Of a DNA stretch of 56,851 bases, positions 1 to 9,494 are shown one piece after another. Origin of the DNA: an uncultured Chitinophagales bacterium (lineage in GTDB: Bacteria > Bacteroidota > Rhodothermia > Balneolales > M1805). The notes below the pieces were generated by a model. That model was not told the origin of the DNA and ran no database searches. It worked only from the letters and a program-made list of their open reading frames with translations. Both the position numbers and the translations under genes were made by a program. How positions within the stretch are numbered: the first letter of the stretch is position 1; each line of letters begins with the position of its first letter. The stretch covers positions 1 through 56,851 of the forward strand of contig CAZNTR010000004.1 of the NCBI GenBank assembly GCA_964575925.1, written 5' to 3'.

Positions 1-2
1 CC

Positions 3-629
3 TGTGACGGAGCCGCGAATCATCTTCTCGGCTTCGGTTTTTTTCCCGATATCATCATTGGCGATTTAGACAGTTTTACGCCCGATGCCTTTCCTTCTCT
101 AAATCCTGAACAAACTACACGTATAAAAGATTCCGATCAAGAAACCAACGATCTTGAAAAAGCATTAAACTTTGCCTTAACTAAAGGAATTAAACAGGTT
201 GAAATCATTGGAGGTTTAGGAAAACGAATTGATCATACACTTAAGAATCTTTCCGTTTTGCTTCAATTTTCCAAATCATTTGTGTCTATTTTTTTTCTTG
301 ATGATTGGGGGATTAGCTTTTTTTCAAACTCTCAAACAAAGATTTCTGCACCGGAAGGAACTCCGATTTCTTTGATTCCATTTAATGGTCGTGTTGAGGG
401 AATTATAACGGAAGGTTTGGAATATTCATTAAAAAACGAATGGCTGGAAATGGGGAAACGTGATGGAACTTCAAATAAAATGACTGATTCAAATGCGATG
501 ATTTCAAAAGAAAGCGGTGATTTATTACTTGTACTTGGTGTTCAGGTGTTTTCAAAAGAAATAAAGTTTGAATTCTCGCAAAGTGATTCGAACTTGAGTT
601 TTATAATTAGTAACTTGATTTTGCGATAA
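3..629 (+). CDS. thiN: Thiamine pyrophosphokinase, 5'-truncated by the window edge
   Basis: Frame 3 is open from base 3 (CDGAANHL...PDIIIGDLDS...DQETNDLEKA...GGLGKRIDHT) and runs into the listed 258..629 ORF (TEGLEYSLKNE..GTSN). These are TPK motifs. Confidence 0.9.
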   Translation, partial: CDGAANHLLGFGFFPDIIIGDLDSFTPDAFPSLNPEQTTRIKDSDQETNDLEKALNFALTKGIKQVEIIGGLGKRIDHTLKNLSVLLQFSKSFVSIFFLDDWGISFFSNSQTKISAPEGTPISLIPFNGRVEGIITEGLEYSLKNEWLEMGKRDGTSNKMTDSNAMISKESGDLLLVLGVQVFSKEIKFEFSQSDSNLSFIISNLILR

Positions 630-802
630 GAAAAAAATCTCCTCTTTGGCCAAGAACCTAAAGTACGAAGACGATAGATTTTGAAAGGGAGTTGGGGTGT
701 TTTCAAGATGCTTTTTCTATCGAATATTACTTGTTTTGAAACAAATCTAAGCAAAACTTCTCCTATTAAGAATAGATTATTATTATTATCCCGAACTCAG
801 GC
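613..802. mobile_element. MITE-like element, family C copy 1
   Basis: Left end ACTTGATTTTGCGATAAG, right end TTATCCCGAACTCAGG. Internal CTCCTCTTT...AAAGGGAGTTGGGG hairpin resembles 40142-40405. Confidence 0.55.
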
Positions 803-889
803 TTGTAGTAAATAACTGAGATTCTTTGGTATCAATATTTTGTATTGAAATTCAATTTTTTTTTCAAATTATTATGAATGAGCTTAGAA

Positions 890-962
890 AGTCTCTCTCT
901 ACAGATTGCTAATTATTCAAATCGTCAGACTCTGAGTAGGGGAGAACGAGTGGGTGGTCAAT
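890..962 (+). repeat. Hairpin repeat, family D (degenerate copy)
   Basis: TCTCTCTCTAC...GTAGGGGAGA followed by GGGTGGTCA, as at 26312 and 36416. Confidence 0.55.
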
Positions 963-980
963 TACAAAAGAAATTTTAAT

Positions 981-1079
981 TGAGCGCACTCCGAAAAGTT
1001 TTTTCAACTAAATAATTGGCGTTTCTACAAAATCTGAAATCGCTGAATCTGATAAAATCGACGTTTTTTTGTAGACTCA
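981..1079 (+). mobile_element. ~100-bp MITE-like element, family F copy 1
   Basis: Ends TGAGCGCACTCCGAAAAGT and ACGTTTTTTTGTAGACTCA. Same length and ends as the copies at 6411, 24559, 42925 and 52016. Confidence 0.7.
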
Positions 1080-1267
1080 AAATTAGAAATACGCAAAAAA
1101 TAATAAGTACATAAATAAAGCTCAGACTCATTACCTTATTTAAGTCACAAAAATCCAAAGACAGAAATAATAAACAAACTTTCTACAAACTCAAGTATTT
1201 CAATTTTTAATTCAAGACTTGGTTATTTTCACACATCAAAATCACCCAAGCTATAATACATTTCTGA

Positions 1268-2638
1268 ATGCTTTCTGCTCTCGATTATTCCCTAATCTTA
1301 TTGTACATAATTACGCTTCTTGTCATCACTTTTTTCAAACGAAAGAAAGATGAATCAGAATCGGATTATTTATTAGCCGGACGCTCCTTAACACTTCCCG
1401 CTTTTATTGCAACCTTGGTTTCCACTTGGTACGGCGGAATTTTAGGCGTTGGCGAATATGGATATCAATATGGGATTTCTCAGTGGATCGTTTTTAGCAT
1501 GCCTTTTTATGTTTTTGCGATTTTGTATGCGGTTTTTTTCGTGAAACGCATTCGTCTTTCTTCCGCTTTAAGTTTACCTGAAGCCATTGTTCAAGAATAT
1601 GATATCACTTCCGGCAAGATTTCGGCCCTTCTTATTTTCTTACTTTCGAGTCCTGCTCCTTATTTTGTGATGATAGCTTTATTGCTAGGTTTTATACTAC
1701 CGTTTGGAATTCCATACTGGATTTTAGTCGTATTCTCATCACTTTTCTCTCTGATTTATGTGATTTATGGAGGATTTCGTGCGGTGGTAAGAACAGATAT
1801 TCTTCAATTTGCTTTGATGTATAGTGGCTTTTTTGTGATACTGATTTTTGGTCTACATCGAGTTGGGAGTTTTGAAAACTTACTTTCTTTAGTTCCTGAA
1901 CCGCTTTTACATCCCACCGGACATCAGCCTTTTTCCTATGTTGTTGTTTGGTTTTTCATTGCCCTTTGGACCTTTGTTGATCCCAGTTTTCATCAGCGGG
2001 TTTCTGCTGCAAAATCTCCGAAAACGGCTAAAAACGGTATTTTAATTTCAGTCATTTTTTGGTTTCTTTTTGATGCAATGACCATAACCGCATCACTTTT
2101 AGGAGTTGTTTTACTTCCTGATTTAGCAAATCCCGTAATGGTTTATCCTGAATTGGGAAATCTCCTACTTCCATCAGGATTTAAAGGATTGTTTATTCTT
2201 GGTTTATTAGCAACAATAATGTCAACCGCAGACAGTTTTTTATTTCTATCTGGACAAAGTATAAGTCGTGATTTATTGGGAAAATCAGGCTCAATAAGTA
2301 TTACAAAATGGGGAATTTTTGCTTCCGCAATTGGCGGAATTGGCTTAGCCATTTTCTATCCAAGTGTAATTCAACTTTGGTATGGATTGGGAACTTGTAT
2401 CATTCCAGGTTTATTACTCACCGTTTTAGGAACCTACTTCCCATTTTTTAAAATCCCTGTAATTTTTAATAAGTGGATGATGATTTTAGGCTTTTTCGCA
2501 TCTCTTATTTGGTTGAATTTAGGATCTTCAGAAAATGGAGCCTTTTTAGGAATCGAACCTTATTATGTGGGTTTAGGATTAGCTTTGACGATTTGGTTTT
2601 CGGGAAAACTACGTATTCGCTTCGTTCAAAAAGCATAA
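1268..2638 (+). CDS. Sodium:solute symporter (SSS) family transporter, possibly for thiamine or a precursor
   Basis: DYLLAGRSL, YGGFRAVVRTDILQF, HQRVSAAKS and ATIMSTADS motifs with many TM helices. Substrate inferred only from the neighbouring thiN. Confidence 0.88.
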   Translation: MLSALDYSLILLYIITLLVITFFKRKKDESESDYLLAGRSLTLPAFIATLVSTWYGGILGVGEYGYQYGISQWIVFSMPFYVFAILYAVFFVKRIRLSSALSLPEAIVQEYDITSGKISALLIFLLSSPAPYFVMIALLLGFILPFGIPYWILVVFSSLFSLIYVIYGGFRAVVRTDILQFALMYSGFFVILIFGLHRVGSFENLLSLVPEPLLHPTGHQPFSYVVVWFFIALWTFVDPSFHQRVSAAKSPKTAKNGILISVIFWFLFDAMTITASLLGVVLLPDLANPVMVYPELGNLLLPSGFKGLFILGLLATIMSTADSFLFLSGQSISRDLLGKSGSISITKWGIFASAIGGIGLAIFYPSVIQLWYGLGTCIIPGLLLTVLGTYFPFFKIPVIFNKWMMILGFFASLIWLNLGSSENGAFLGIEPYYVGLGLALTIWFSGKLRIRFVQKA

Positions 2639-2707
2639 TCAATTAACATTTTTCTTAGGCTTATTAATTTGATAGAAAATAATCAATTTTACAGAGCAGG
2701 TTTAAAT

Positions 2708-2899
2708 ACCAGAGTTCGGGATAAGAAATTAAAATAAAAACAGGAAAAAATAAATTTCGTCATGCTGGGCTCTGACCCAGCATCTCTGCCTAATTTGGGA
2801 ATAAATTAAAAATGACAAAACTAAGCAAATGCAGGCTCTCAAATGCTAATTCAAATTTTTAATTAAAATTATTGTACTAATCCTACGCAGAACTCAGAT
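2708..2899 (+). mobile_element. ~190-bp MITE-like element, family A copy 1, with an internal REP-like hairpin (2759-2786)
   Basis: Ends ACCAGAGTTCGGGATAAG and GAACTCAGAT. Colinear with the copies at 15793, 18084 and 32784. Confidence 0.72.
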
Positions 2900-3386
2900 T
2901 AAATGAATAAAAGCAATCTTCATTTTCACGATTATATTTTTAGATTGTGATTACAGATCTTGTCTAAATTCTTCAGAATTGAGTTTAACCATTCAGCAAA
3001 CGGTTTGCTAAATAATATTTTAAAGTTCAATCATTAATCTTTTCATAATTAATTTCGGAAATCATTCAATTATTTTCAGATAAATAGGTATTTTTGGCTT
3101 ACGTATTTTCTAATGTATCTCTTAGAGTTCGATAAATTCATTATTAGGTTACATTCAGGTACAATTGAAAATTAACTGAAATTTTTGCACGAGGTATAAA
3201 AGGGACAATCGTATTAAATGAAAAGTTTTTTAATCAAAACCGTTTTTAAAAAATATTTTTGAATTAAGCACTCAAATTAAACTTGTTGTCTTTCTCTGAA
3301 ATCGGATACAAAACTCAAACTATAATTATGATGTTCATGGATTGCCTAATTCGCAAAAGACATTCCAAATATAATTTATTAAGCCT

Positions 3387-6380
3387 ATGAAAATATTTTA
3401 CTTAAGTCTATTTTTTATTGTATTTCCACAATTCATTTTTGCTCAAACTTTTTTTATAAACGATCGCGATTGCGTCGTCTGCCAAGATGCTCAACCTGGA
3501 GATACTGGTGAAATTGATGGTGTTACTTAAACGGCTGTGGATCGAGCTATGCTTGATGAAAAAATTAACAATGGTGACGATTTAACCAAGGTTTGTGTGA
3601 GTTTGGTTACGGATATGAGTCGCTTGTTTTTAAATAAAAGATCCTTTAATCAGCCAATTGGAAATTGGGACGTGAGTAACGTGATTGACATGAACCACAT
3701 GTTTGCAGGAGCACGAGTTTTTAATCAAACTATTGAGAATTGGAATGTGAGTAGCGTGACGGATATGAGTTTTATGTTTGCTTCTGCACTTTTTTTTAAT
3801 CAGCCCGTTGAGAATTGGGATGTCAGCAATGTGACCAATATGAAGTCGATGTTTGATGAAACTAGGTTGTTTAATCAATCAGTTAATAAGTGGGATGTAA
3901 GTAAGGTTACCGATATGAGTGATATGTTTAAATCGACAATGTTTTTTAATCAGCCCATCAATAATTGGATTGTCAGTAATGTTACCAAAATGAATGGAAT
4001 GTTTAATAATGCAGACTCCTTTAATCAACCAATTCAAAATTGGGAAGTGAGTTATGTAATTGATATGAATAGCATGTTTAAATCGGCTAATTCTTTTAAT
4101 CAAACAATTGGAAATTGGGATGTGAGCAATGTTTCTAATATGGACGAGATGTTCTCTTTTACAAATTCTTTTAACCAAGATTTAAGCACTTGGTGTGTAT
4201 CAAATATCACATTTGAACCTTCATCTTTTGCAATAAATTCTCCATTACAAACAGACTTTTATCCTATATGGGGTTCGTGCCCAGAAAATATTTTCCCGAT
4301 TGAATTTATTCGAATTTTACCTGTTGAGTATGCTCAATTTTCATGGAAACCCAATCCACTAGATAGCCAATATCAAATAATTATTTATAAAAAAGATGAA
4401 ATAGTACCCTATTTAGATACCTTAGTTACTCAATCAACACTTACTCTTCAAACTCCTCTCGAAGAGAATACTGTGTATACATTTTCTATTCGTGGAATTC
4501 AACAAGAACCTTTTTTACGTGGCAGATGGGTTGAACCAATACCCTTTGAACGTGTTAATTTAACACAAAAGCCGTTTTTAATAAATGAAAGAGGATGTTT
4601 AACTTGTGAGGATGCAGCGCCAGGAGATGCTTTTTTTATTGATGAAGAACTTTACGTTGCAGTAAATAAAGAAATGCTTGTAAGAAGAATTAAGAATGGT
4701 TTCGATTTAACGAAGGTTTGTGTGAGTTTGATAAGTGATATGAGTGATTTGTTTGCTTGGCAATACCCTTTTAGTCTGATTATTAGGAAATGGGATCAGA
4801 ACATTAGTCATTGGGATGTGAGTAAGGTTACAAATATGAGTTCAATGTTTACTGGTGCAAGATCTTTTAATCAGTCACTCGCGAATTGGAATATGAGTAA
4901 GGTTACTGATTTGAGCTCTATGTTTGAAGGGGCACATTCGTTTAACCAACCTCTTGAAAAATGGGATGTCAGTAAGGTTACAAATATGAGTTCAATGTTT
5001 ACTGGTGCAGAATCTTTTAATCAAGCTATTGAAAATTGGGATGTCAGTAGTGTAACGGATATGAGTTCCATGTTTAGTTACACTCATAACTTTAATCAAC
5101 CCTTAGAAAAATGGGATGTCAGTAATGTAATTGATATGAGCCAAATGTTTGAATGGACACCTGTATTTAACCAACCGATTGATAATTGGAATGTAAGCAG
5201 CGTAACAAATATGTTTAGAATGTTTTTTTATGCCACCTCCTTTAATCGACCTATTGGGAATTGGAATGTTCAAAACGTAACAAATATGGATGCTATGTTT
5301 GCGGGTGCAATTTCTTTTAACCATTCCATTGATAAATGGAATGTGAGTAAGGTAAATAGTATGGGTGCGATGTTTTACGAGGCAAACGCCTTTAATCAGC
5401 CTATTGGGAATTGGGATGTCAGCAAAGTGACAAATATGAGTCAAATATTTTTCGAAGCAGACTCCTTTAATCTTCCTATTGAAAACTGGGATGTCAGTAG
5501 TGTGATGTATATGCAACAAATGTTTAGTAATACCAATTCTTATAATCAGTCTATAGGTAATTGGGATGTTAGCAATGTGATTACTATGAATCAAATGTTT
5601 AGTGATGCAATTGCCTTTAATCAACCCATTGGGAATTGGGATGTGAGTAAAGTGACAAATATGAATAGGATGTTTCATGGTGCGATTACATTCAATCAAG
5701 ATATAAGCAAATGGTGTGTCTCTAATTTCCAATCTGTTTTAGGGGATTTTTCCCTTAATTCACCTTTACAAACAGACTACCTACCCAAATGGGGAACTTG
5801 CACGTAAAACCCCATAAGCATCGAATCCATTCAATTTTCTAACTCAACGAATTCAACTATTTCTTGGAAAGCCAATGATTTAGCAAGTCATTAGCAAGTT
5901 CGTTTGCAGCGCAAAGATGAAGCTAATCCATTTTTAGATTCCACAATTACTGAATCAGTTCTAAGGCTTCAAACTCCGTTAGAACAAAATGAATTTTATC
6001 AATTTTCTATTCGTGGAATTCAAGATGAACCGTTTTTACGTGGAAGATGGGTCGGCCCAATTGAGTTTCATGGAGACAGCACAACGGTTTCTAACGAAGA
6101 AGAATTTATTCTTCCTACAGAATTCCAACTTGCGCAAAACTTTCCAAATCCATTTAATCCGAGTACTCAAATTCGATATAGTTTGCCCAAATCCAGTTTA
6201 GTTAAGATTGAAGTTTTCTCTTCACTTGGACAAAGAATTGCGGTTTTGGTGAATGAACAAAAACCAGCAGGCGAACATACGTTTCAATCTAATGCCCAAA
6301 ATTTAGCGAGCGGCGTGTATTTATATCGAATTGTTACTCCAGAATTTTCGCAAACTCGCTTAATGAATTTGGTGAAGTAG
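3387..6380 (+). pseudogene. DUF285/BspA-like repeat surface protein with signal peptide, two repeat blocks, two FN3-like domains and a T9SS-type C-terminal domain, interrupted by 3 in-frame stops
   Basis: ATG at 3387 (MKIFYLSLFFIVFPQFIFAQ) is in frame with ORFs 3537..5807 and 5904..6380. Stops are TAA 3528-3530, TAA 5805-5807 and TAG 5892-5894. 25-aa repeats WDVSxVTxMxxMF..FNQ and a CTD QNFPNPFNPST...SGVYLYRI are present. Confidence 0.85.
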
Positions 6381-6410
6381 AGGGTGAAAATAATCCTTTC
6401 AAAACAATTT

Positions 6411-6509
6411 TGAGCTAACTCTAAAAAGTCGAATAGGTCGATTTATACTCTTTCAAATCGTATACTTTTGCTGATTATTTTGTTGAAAACTATTTTTCAG
6501 AGACTGAAT
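6411..6509 (-). mobile_element. ~100-bp MITE-like element, family F copy 2
   Basis: Aligns to the reverse complement of 24559-24658 (e.g. GCTGATTATTTTGTTGAAAACTA vs GCTGACTATTTTGTAGAAAACTA). Confidence 0.62.
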
Positions 6510-6618
6510 TATCTCAAAACTGGCAAATTGACATTTTCTTAAGTAAAAACACCGAAAAATTTGGAATCAACCACAAAAGTGGCACAGTTGCGACTGGTGA
6601 CACCATATAGAGTCACAC

Positions 6619-6728
6619 TTAAATTGAGAAACAAATCACAAAACTACGAATTAGTGCATCACTTGTCAGAGATGCTGGGTCAAGCCCAGCATGACTTGCG
6701 TTTTACATATTCTCGTTTCTCAATTTAA
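6619..6728. mobile_element. 110-bp element with a perfect 14-bp terminal inverted repeat enclosing a REP-like hairpin (6669-6695)
   Basis: TTAAATTGAGAAAC at 6619-6632 and GTTTCTCAATTTAA at 6715-6728. Internal GAGATGCTGGGTCAAGCCCAGCATGAC. Confidence 0.65.
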
Positions 6729-6791
6729 TCCAACCGAAGATTTCCTTTTCTTCAAAGCGCCATTTAGTTTCAATTCCTGTATTTTTGAACT

Positions 6792-7496
6792 ATGAAAAAA
6801 TTGTTGCATCTAGATCTTGGTCATCAGGAATACATTCCTACTTGGGATTTTCAATTAGCTGTTCAGGCAAAAATAATTCAGGAAAAGCGTGCTGAACAAA
6901 AAGAGAATCGTCTCGAAGATGTCTTATTGTTTGTGGAACATCCTCACGTTTATACTTTGGGGAAAAGTGGCGATGCTGGCAATTTATTAGCTTCCGAAGA
7001 TTTCCTGAAAGCTGTTAATGCAACCTACGTTCCTATCGATCGTGGCGGCGACATCACCTATCACGGACCTGGACAATTGGTCGGTTATCCCATTTTAGAT
7101 TTACACAGACATTTTACCGATTTGCATAAATATCTTCGTTTTTTAGAAGAAGTCATGATTTCCGTTTGTGCCGATTATGGTTTTGAAGCTAGTAGAAAAG
7201 AGAAATTAACGGGTGTTTGGGTTGGTGAAGAAAAAATTTGTGCTTTAGGTGTTAAGGCTTCTCGTTGGGTAACGATTCACGGTTTTGCTTTAAACATAAA
7301 TACGAATTTGGATTATTTTAATTACATCGTTCCTTGCGGAATTACAGACAAAGGCGTAACAAGCTTGCAAAAATTACTCGGTCGTGTGGTTGATGAGCAA
7401 GAGGTTAAAGAGCGTGTTCTTGCTCATTTTTCTCGTTTATTTGAAGTTGAGATAGAAGTGATTAGTAAAACGGAATTGGAAAAGAGAATTTTATAG
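6792..7496 (+). CDS. lipB: Lipoyl(octanoyl) transferase
   Basis: EHPHVYTLG, DRGGDITYHGPGQLVGYP, KICALG, HGFALN and IVPCGI motifs. Confidence 0.96.
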   Translation: MKKLLHLDLGHQEYIPTWDFQLAVQAKIIQEKRAEQKENRLEDVLLFVEHPHVYTLGKSGDAGNLLASEDFLKAVNATYVPIDRGGDITYHGPGQLVGYPILDLHRHFTDLHKYLRFLEEVMISVCADYGFEASRKEKLTGVWVGEEKICALGVKASRWVTIHGFALNINTNLDYFNYIVPCGITDKGVTSLQKLLGRVVDEQEVKERVLAHFSRLFEVEIEVISKTELEKRIL

Positions 7497-7553
7497 ATGG
7501 ATTTTTCGGCTTGATGAAACCTGAGTTTGAAATATAAATATTCGAGTTAGACA

Positions 7554-7700
7554 GAGATGCTGGGTCGAGCCCAGCATCACTTTTTTTATGTCATCCTGAA
7601 CTTGATTCAGGATCTCGGCCTAATATCCGATTTTGCTAATAGTACTTTTTTTGCATAGTTGTGAGTTAAGACAGAGATGCTGGGTCGAGCCCAGCATGAC
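7554..7700. repeat. Cluster of three REP-like palindromes in alternating orientation (7554-7580, 7590-7616, 7674-7700)
   Basis: GAGATGCTGGGTCGAGCCCAGCAT(C/G)AC occurs twice, 120 bp apart, flanking the inverted GTCATCCTGAACTTGATTCAGGATCTC. Lies between convergent genes. Confidence 0.85.
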
Positions 7701-7755
7701 CTCGCTTTAAAGAATTAGGAGTGAAACTTAAAGCTCTTCGAATCTGCTTTTCAGC

Positions 7756-8721
7756 TCAACTCAACAACTCTTTTCCTTTTTCATAAACCTCTTTTTTTGC
7801 ATCTTCTAAATTTCCATAAAACCAGCCTCCTGCAGCGCGAACATGTCCACCACCGTTAAAGTTATTAGCCCATACATTGCAATCTAAATCACGTTTTGAG
7901 CGCAGACTCAGTTTAATTCCCTTATCTAATTCTGCAAAAAATATGGCCGCAGTTACACCTTTTAAACTTAAAGCGTAAGCCACAAATCCTTCCGTATCAG
8001 CGTAGCTTGTGCCCGTTTCTTCCATAAATTCCTTCTTAATTTGGATGATTCCAATTCTACCATCACCAGGTGCTTCAAGTGTAGTAAGTGCTTTTCCTAA
8101 CAACTGAACTTGATTCAACTTCTTATTATCGTAAATTTTTTCGTGCACTTCTGAAGGTGAAAACTTCCCACGACGCAAAATTTCAGAGACAACCGTATGC
8201 ACATCTGCATTCACAGAATCAAAGCGAAACGAACCAGTGTCGGTTACGATTCCTGCATAAAGTGCCATTGCGGCATCTTTTTCTAATAAATCCATATTGG
8301 TATTCAAAAACAATTGAAAGACCAATTCTGCTGTTGAACACGCTTTTACAGAGTGCAACATTGACTTAAAATCTCCAACAGGATTCGGATGATGATCGAT
8401 TAAAAACGTAGGTTTTTCACTTTTGAAAATATACTCTCCAAATTCACCAAAACGTGATGCACCATTTCCATCAAGAAATAAAAAGGCATCACATGAATCG
8501 ACCAATTCTTTTGTTGGTTTTTGAATCGGGAAAAAGCGCATTAACCAATTTATGTTTTCAGGAACGGCGTCATCATTAAAAGCAAGAACGTTCTTGCTAA
8601 ATTTACTTAGCCAAATACTTGCAGCCACCTGTGAACCAATAGCATCGCCATCAGGGCGAATATGAGAAAAAACTCCGAATTTTTTATACTCAAGAAGGGA
8701 TTCAATAAACGATAAAGACAT
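7756..8721 (-). CDS. nrnA: DHH/DHHA1 family phosphoesterase (NrnA-like oligoribonuclease/pAp phosphatase)
   Basis: HIRPDGDAIGS, IDHH, GIVTDTGSF and SLRS...GGGHVRAAG motifs. Confidence 0.9.
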   Translation of the reverse strand: MSLSFIESLLEYKKFGVFSHIRPDGDAIGSQVAASIWLSKFSKNVLAFNDDAVPENINWLMRFFPIQKPTKELVDSCDAFLFLDGNGASRFGEFGEYIFKSEKPTFLIDHHPNPVGDFKSMLHSVKACSTAELVFQLFLNTNMDLLEKDAAMALYAGIVTDTGSFRFDSVNADVHTVVSEILRRGKFSPSEVHEKIYDNKKLNQVQLLGKALTTLEAPGDGRIGIIQIKKEFMEETGTSYADTEGFVAYALSLKGVTAAIFFAELDKGIKLSLRSKRDLDCNVWANNFNGGGHVRAAGGWFYGNLEDAKKEVYEKGKELLS

Positions 8722-8989
8722 GATTTTTATAAACTCTTATTTATTTTTTACGTTTTGATAGGGGAATCAGATTCACTGGCAATCGGATTTCTAAACTTCA
8801 TTTTTTACCAAAAAGAAGCTTTTCAAAACTCGTTATTCATTTAAAATTACACAATCTATTTAGCTGAGTGGAATAAATTTTTGTTGAGTAACCTAACCTC
8901 AGGTAAAAAAACAAATACTATGAACCGAATGTATGTTTTAAACTTAGTCTTTACATTAATGACAAAGATTTAATTTCCTCTTATTTTTT

Positions 8990-9232
8990 TTATTCTCCTC
9001 TACTGTTTTCAACCATTTTCCTGATGTCGGCTAGATGGTCTGTAATATTTTGCCCCGATATTTCAAAAGCTTTTTTTGCTTTGCTTATTACATTCTGAAA
9101 ATTGTCCCATTTGCTATACCCCAAATGGTGTTGCAAATCTCTTGCGAACCAAAATTCTATACCATCTTCGCTTAGGTTCAAAAAGTCTTCAAAAGTGTCG
9201 GTGAGTTTATATATGATTTCTTTTTTTATCAT
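8990..9232 (-). pseudogene. dinD: Truncated N-terminal fragment of a DinD (DNA-damage-inducible, Bro-N-like) gene
   Basis: DGIEFWFARDLQHHLGYSKWDNFQNVISKAK...DHLADIRKMV matches the DinD N-terminus. It ends at 80 aa with no visible continuation. Confidence 0.7.
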
Positions 9233-9494
9233 AATCTCTTGTTACATGCAAAATGAATATTAATATTTTGTTGGTAACAAATGCGCCCGTTTTAAGAGAG
9301 ATTATAATAGAATTTTTTCTAACTATGTTTGATTTCTATCTTTTAAATCTATTCGCACAATATCTTAATCAAGTAACCTTTAAATAAAGTAATCGACTAA
9401 ATTATACCTTTGAAATTATAGTACTTTTTTAGCTTATAAAAAAACTCACAAATTTCGAATTAAATTAGATTAATGAAACTATTTTTCTTAAGCC

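Noticed and set aside
542..1158. Short ORFs 542..754 and 976..1158 (likewise 15768..15995)
   Set aside because: They lie across non-coding repeat elements and have no recognisable protein features.
630..1267. TPP riboswitch ahead of the SSS transporter
   Set aside because: No convincing TPP aptamer core (CTGAGA linked to ACCTG...AGCGNAGG), and the space is explained by repeats.
3630..5732. Minus-strand ORFs 3630..3878, 3879..4178 and 5103..5732 with HI/IP periodicity
   Set aside because: They are antisense shadows of the 75-bp DUF285 repeats.
3600..5750. CRISPR array or DGR template/variable repeat
   Set aside because: The repeats are in-frame coding units with no unique spacers, no adenine-specific variation was evident, and there is no cas or reverse transcriptase gene in the window.
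3387..6380. Alternative genetic code or stop reassignment
   Set aside because: TAA and TAG terminate ordinary genes here (e.g. lipB TAG, fabI TAA), TAA would need two meanings (Tyr and Glu), and no core gene has internal stops.
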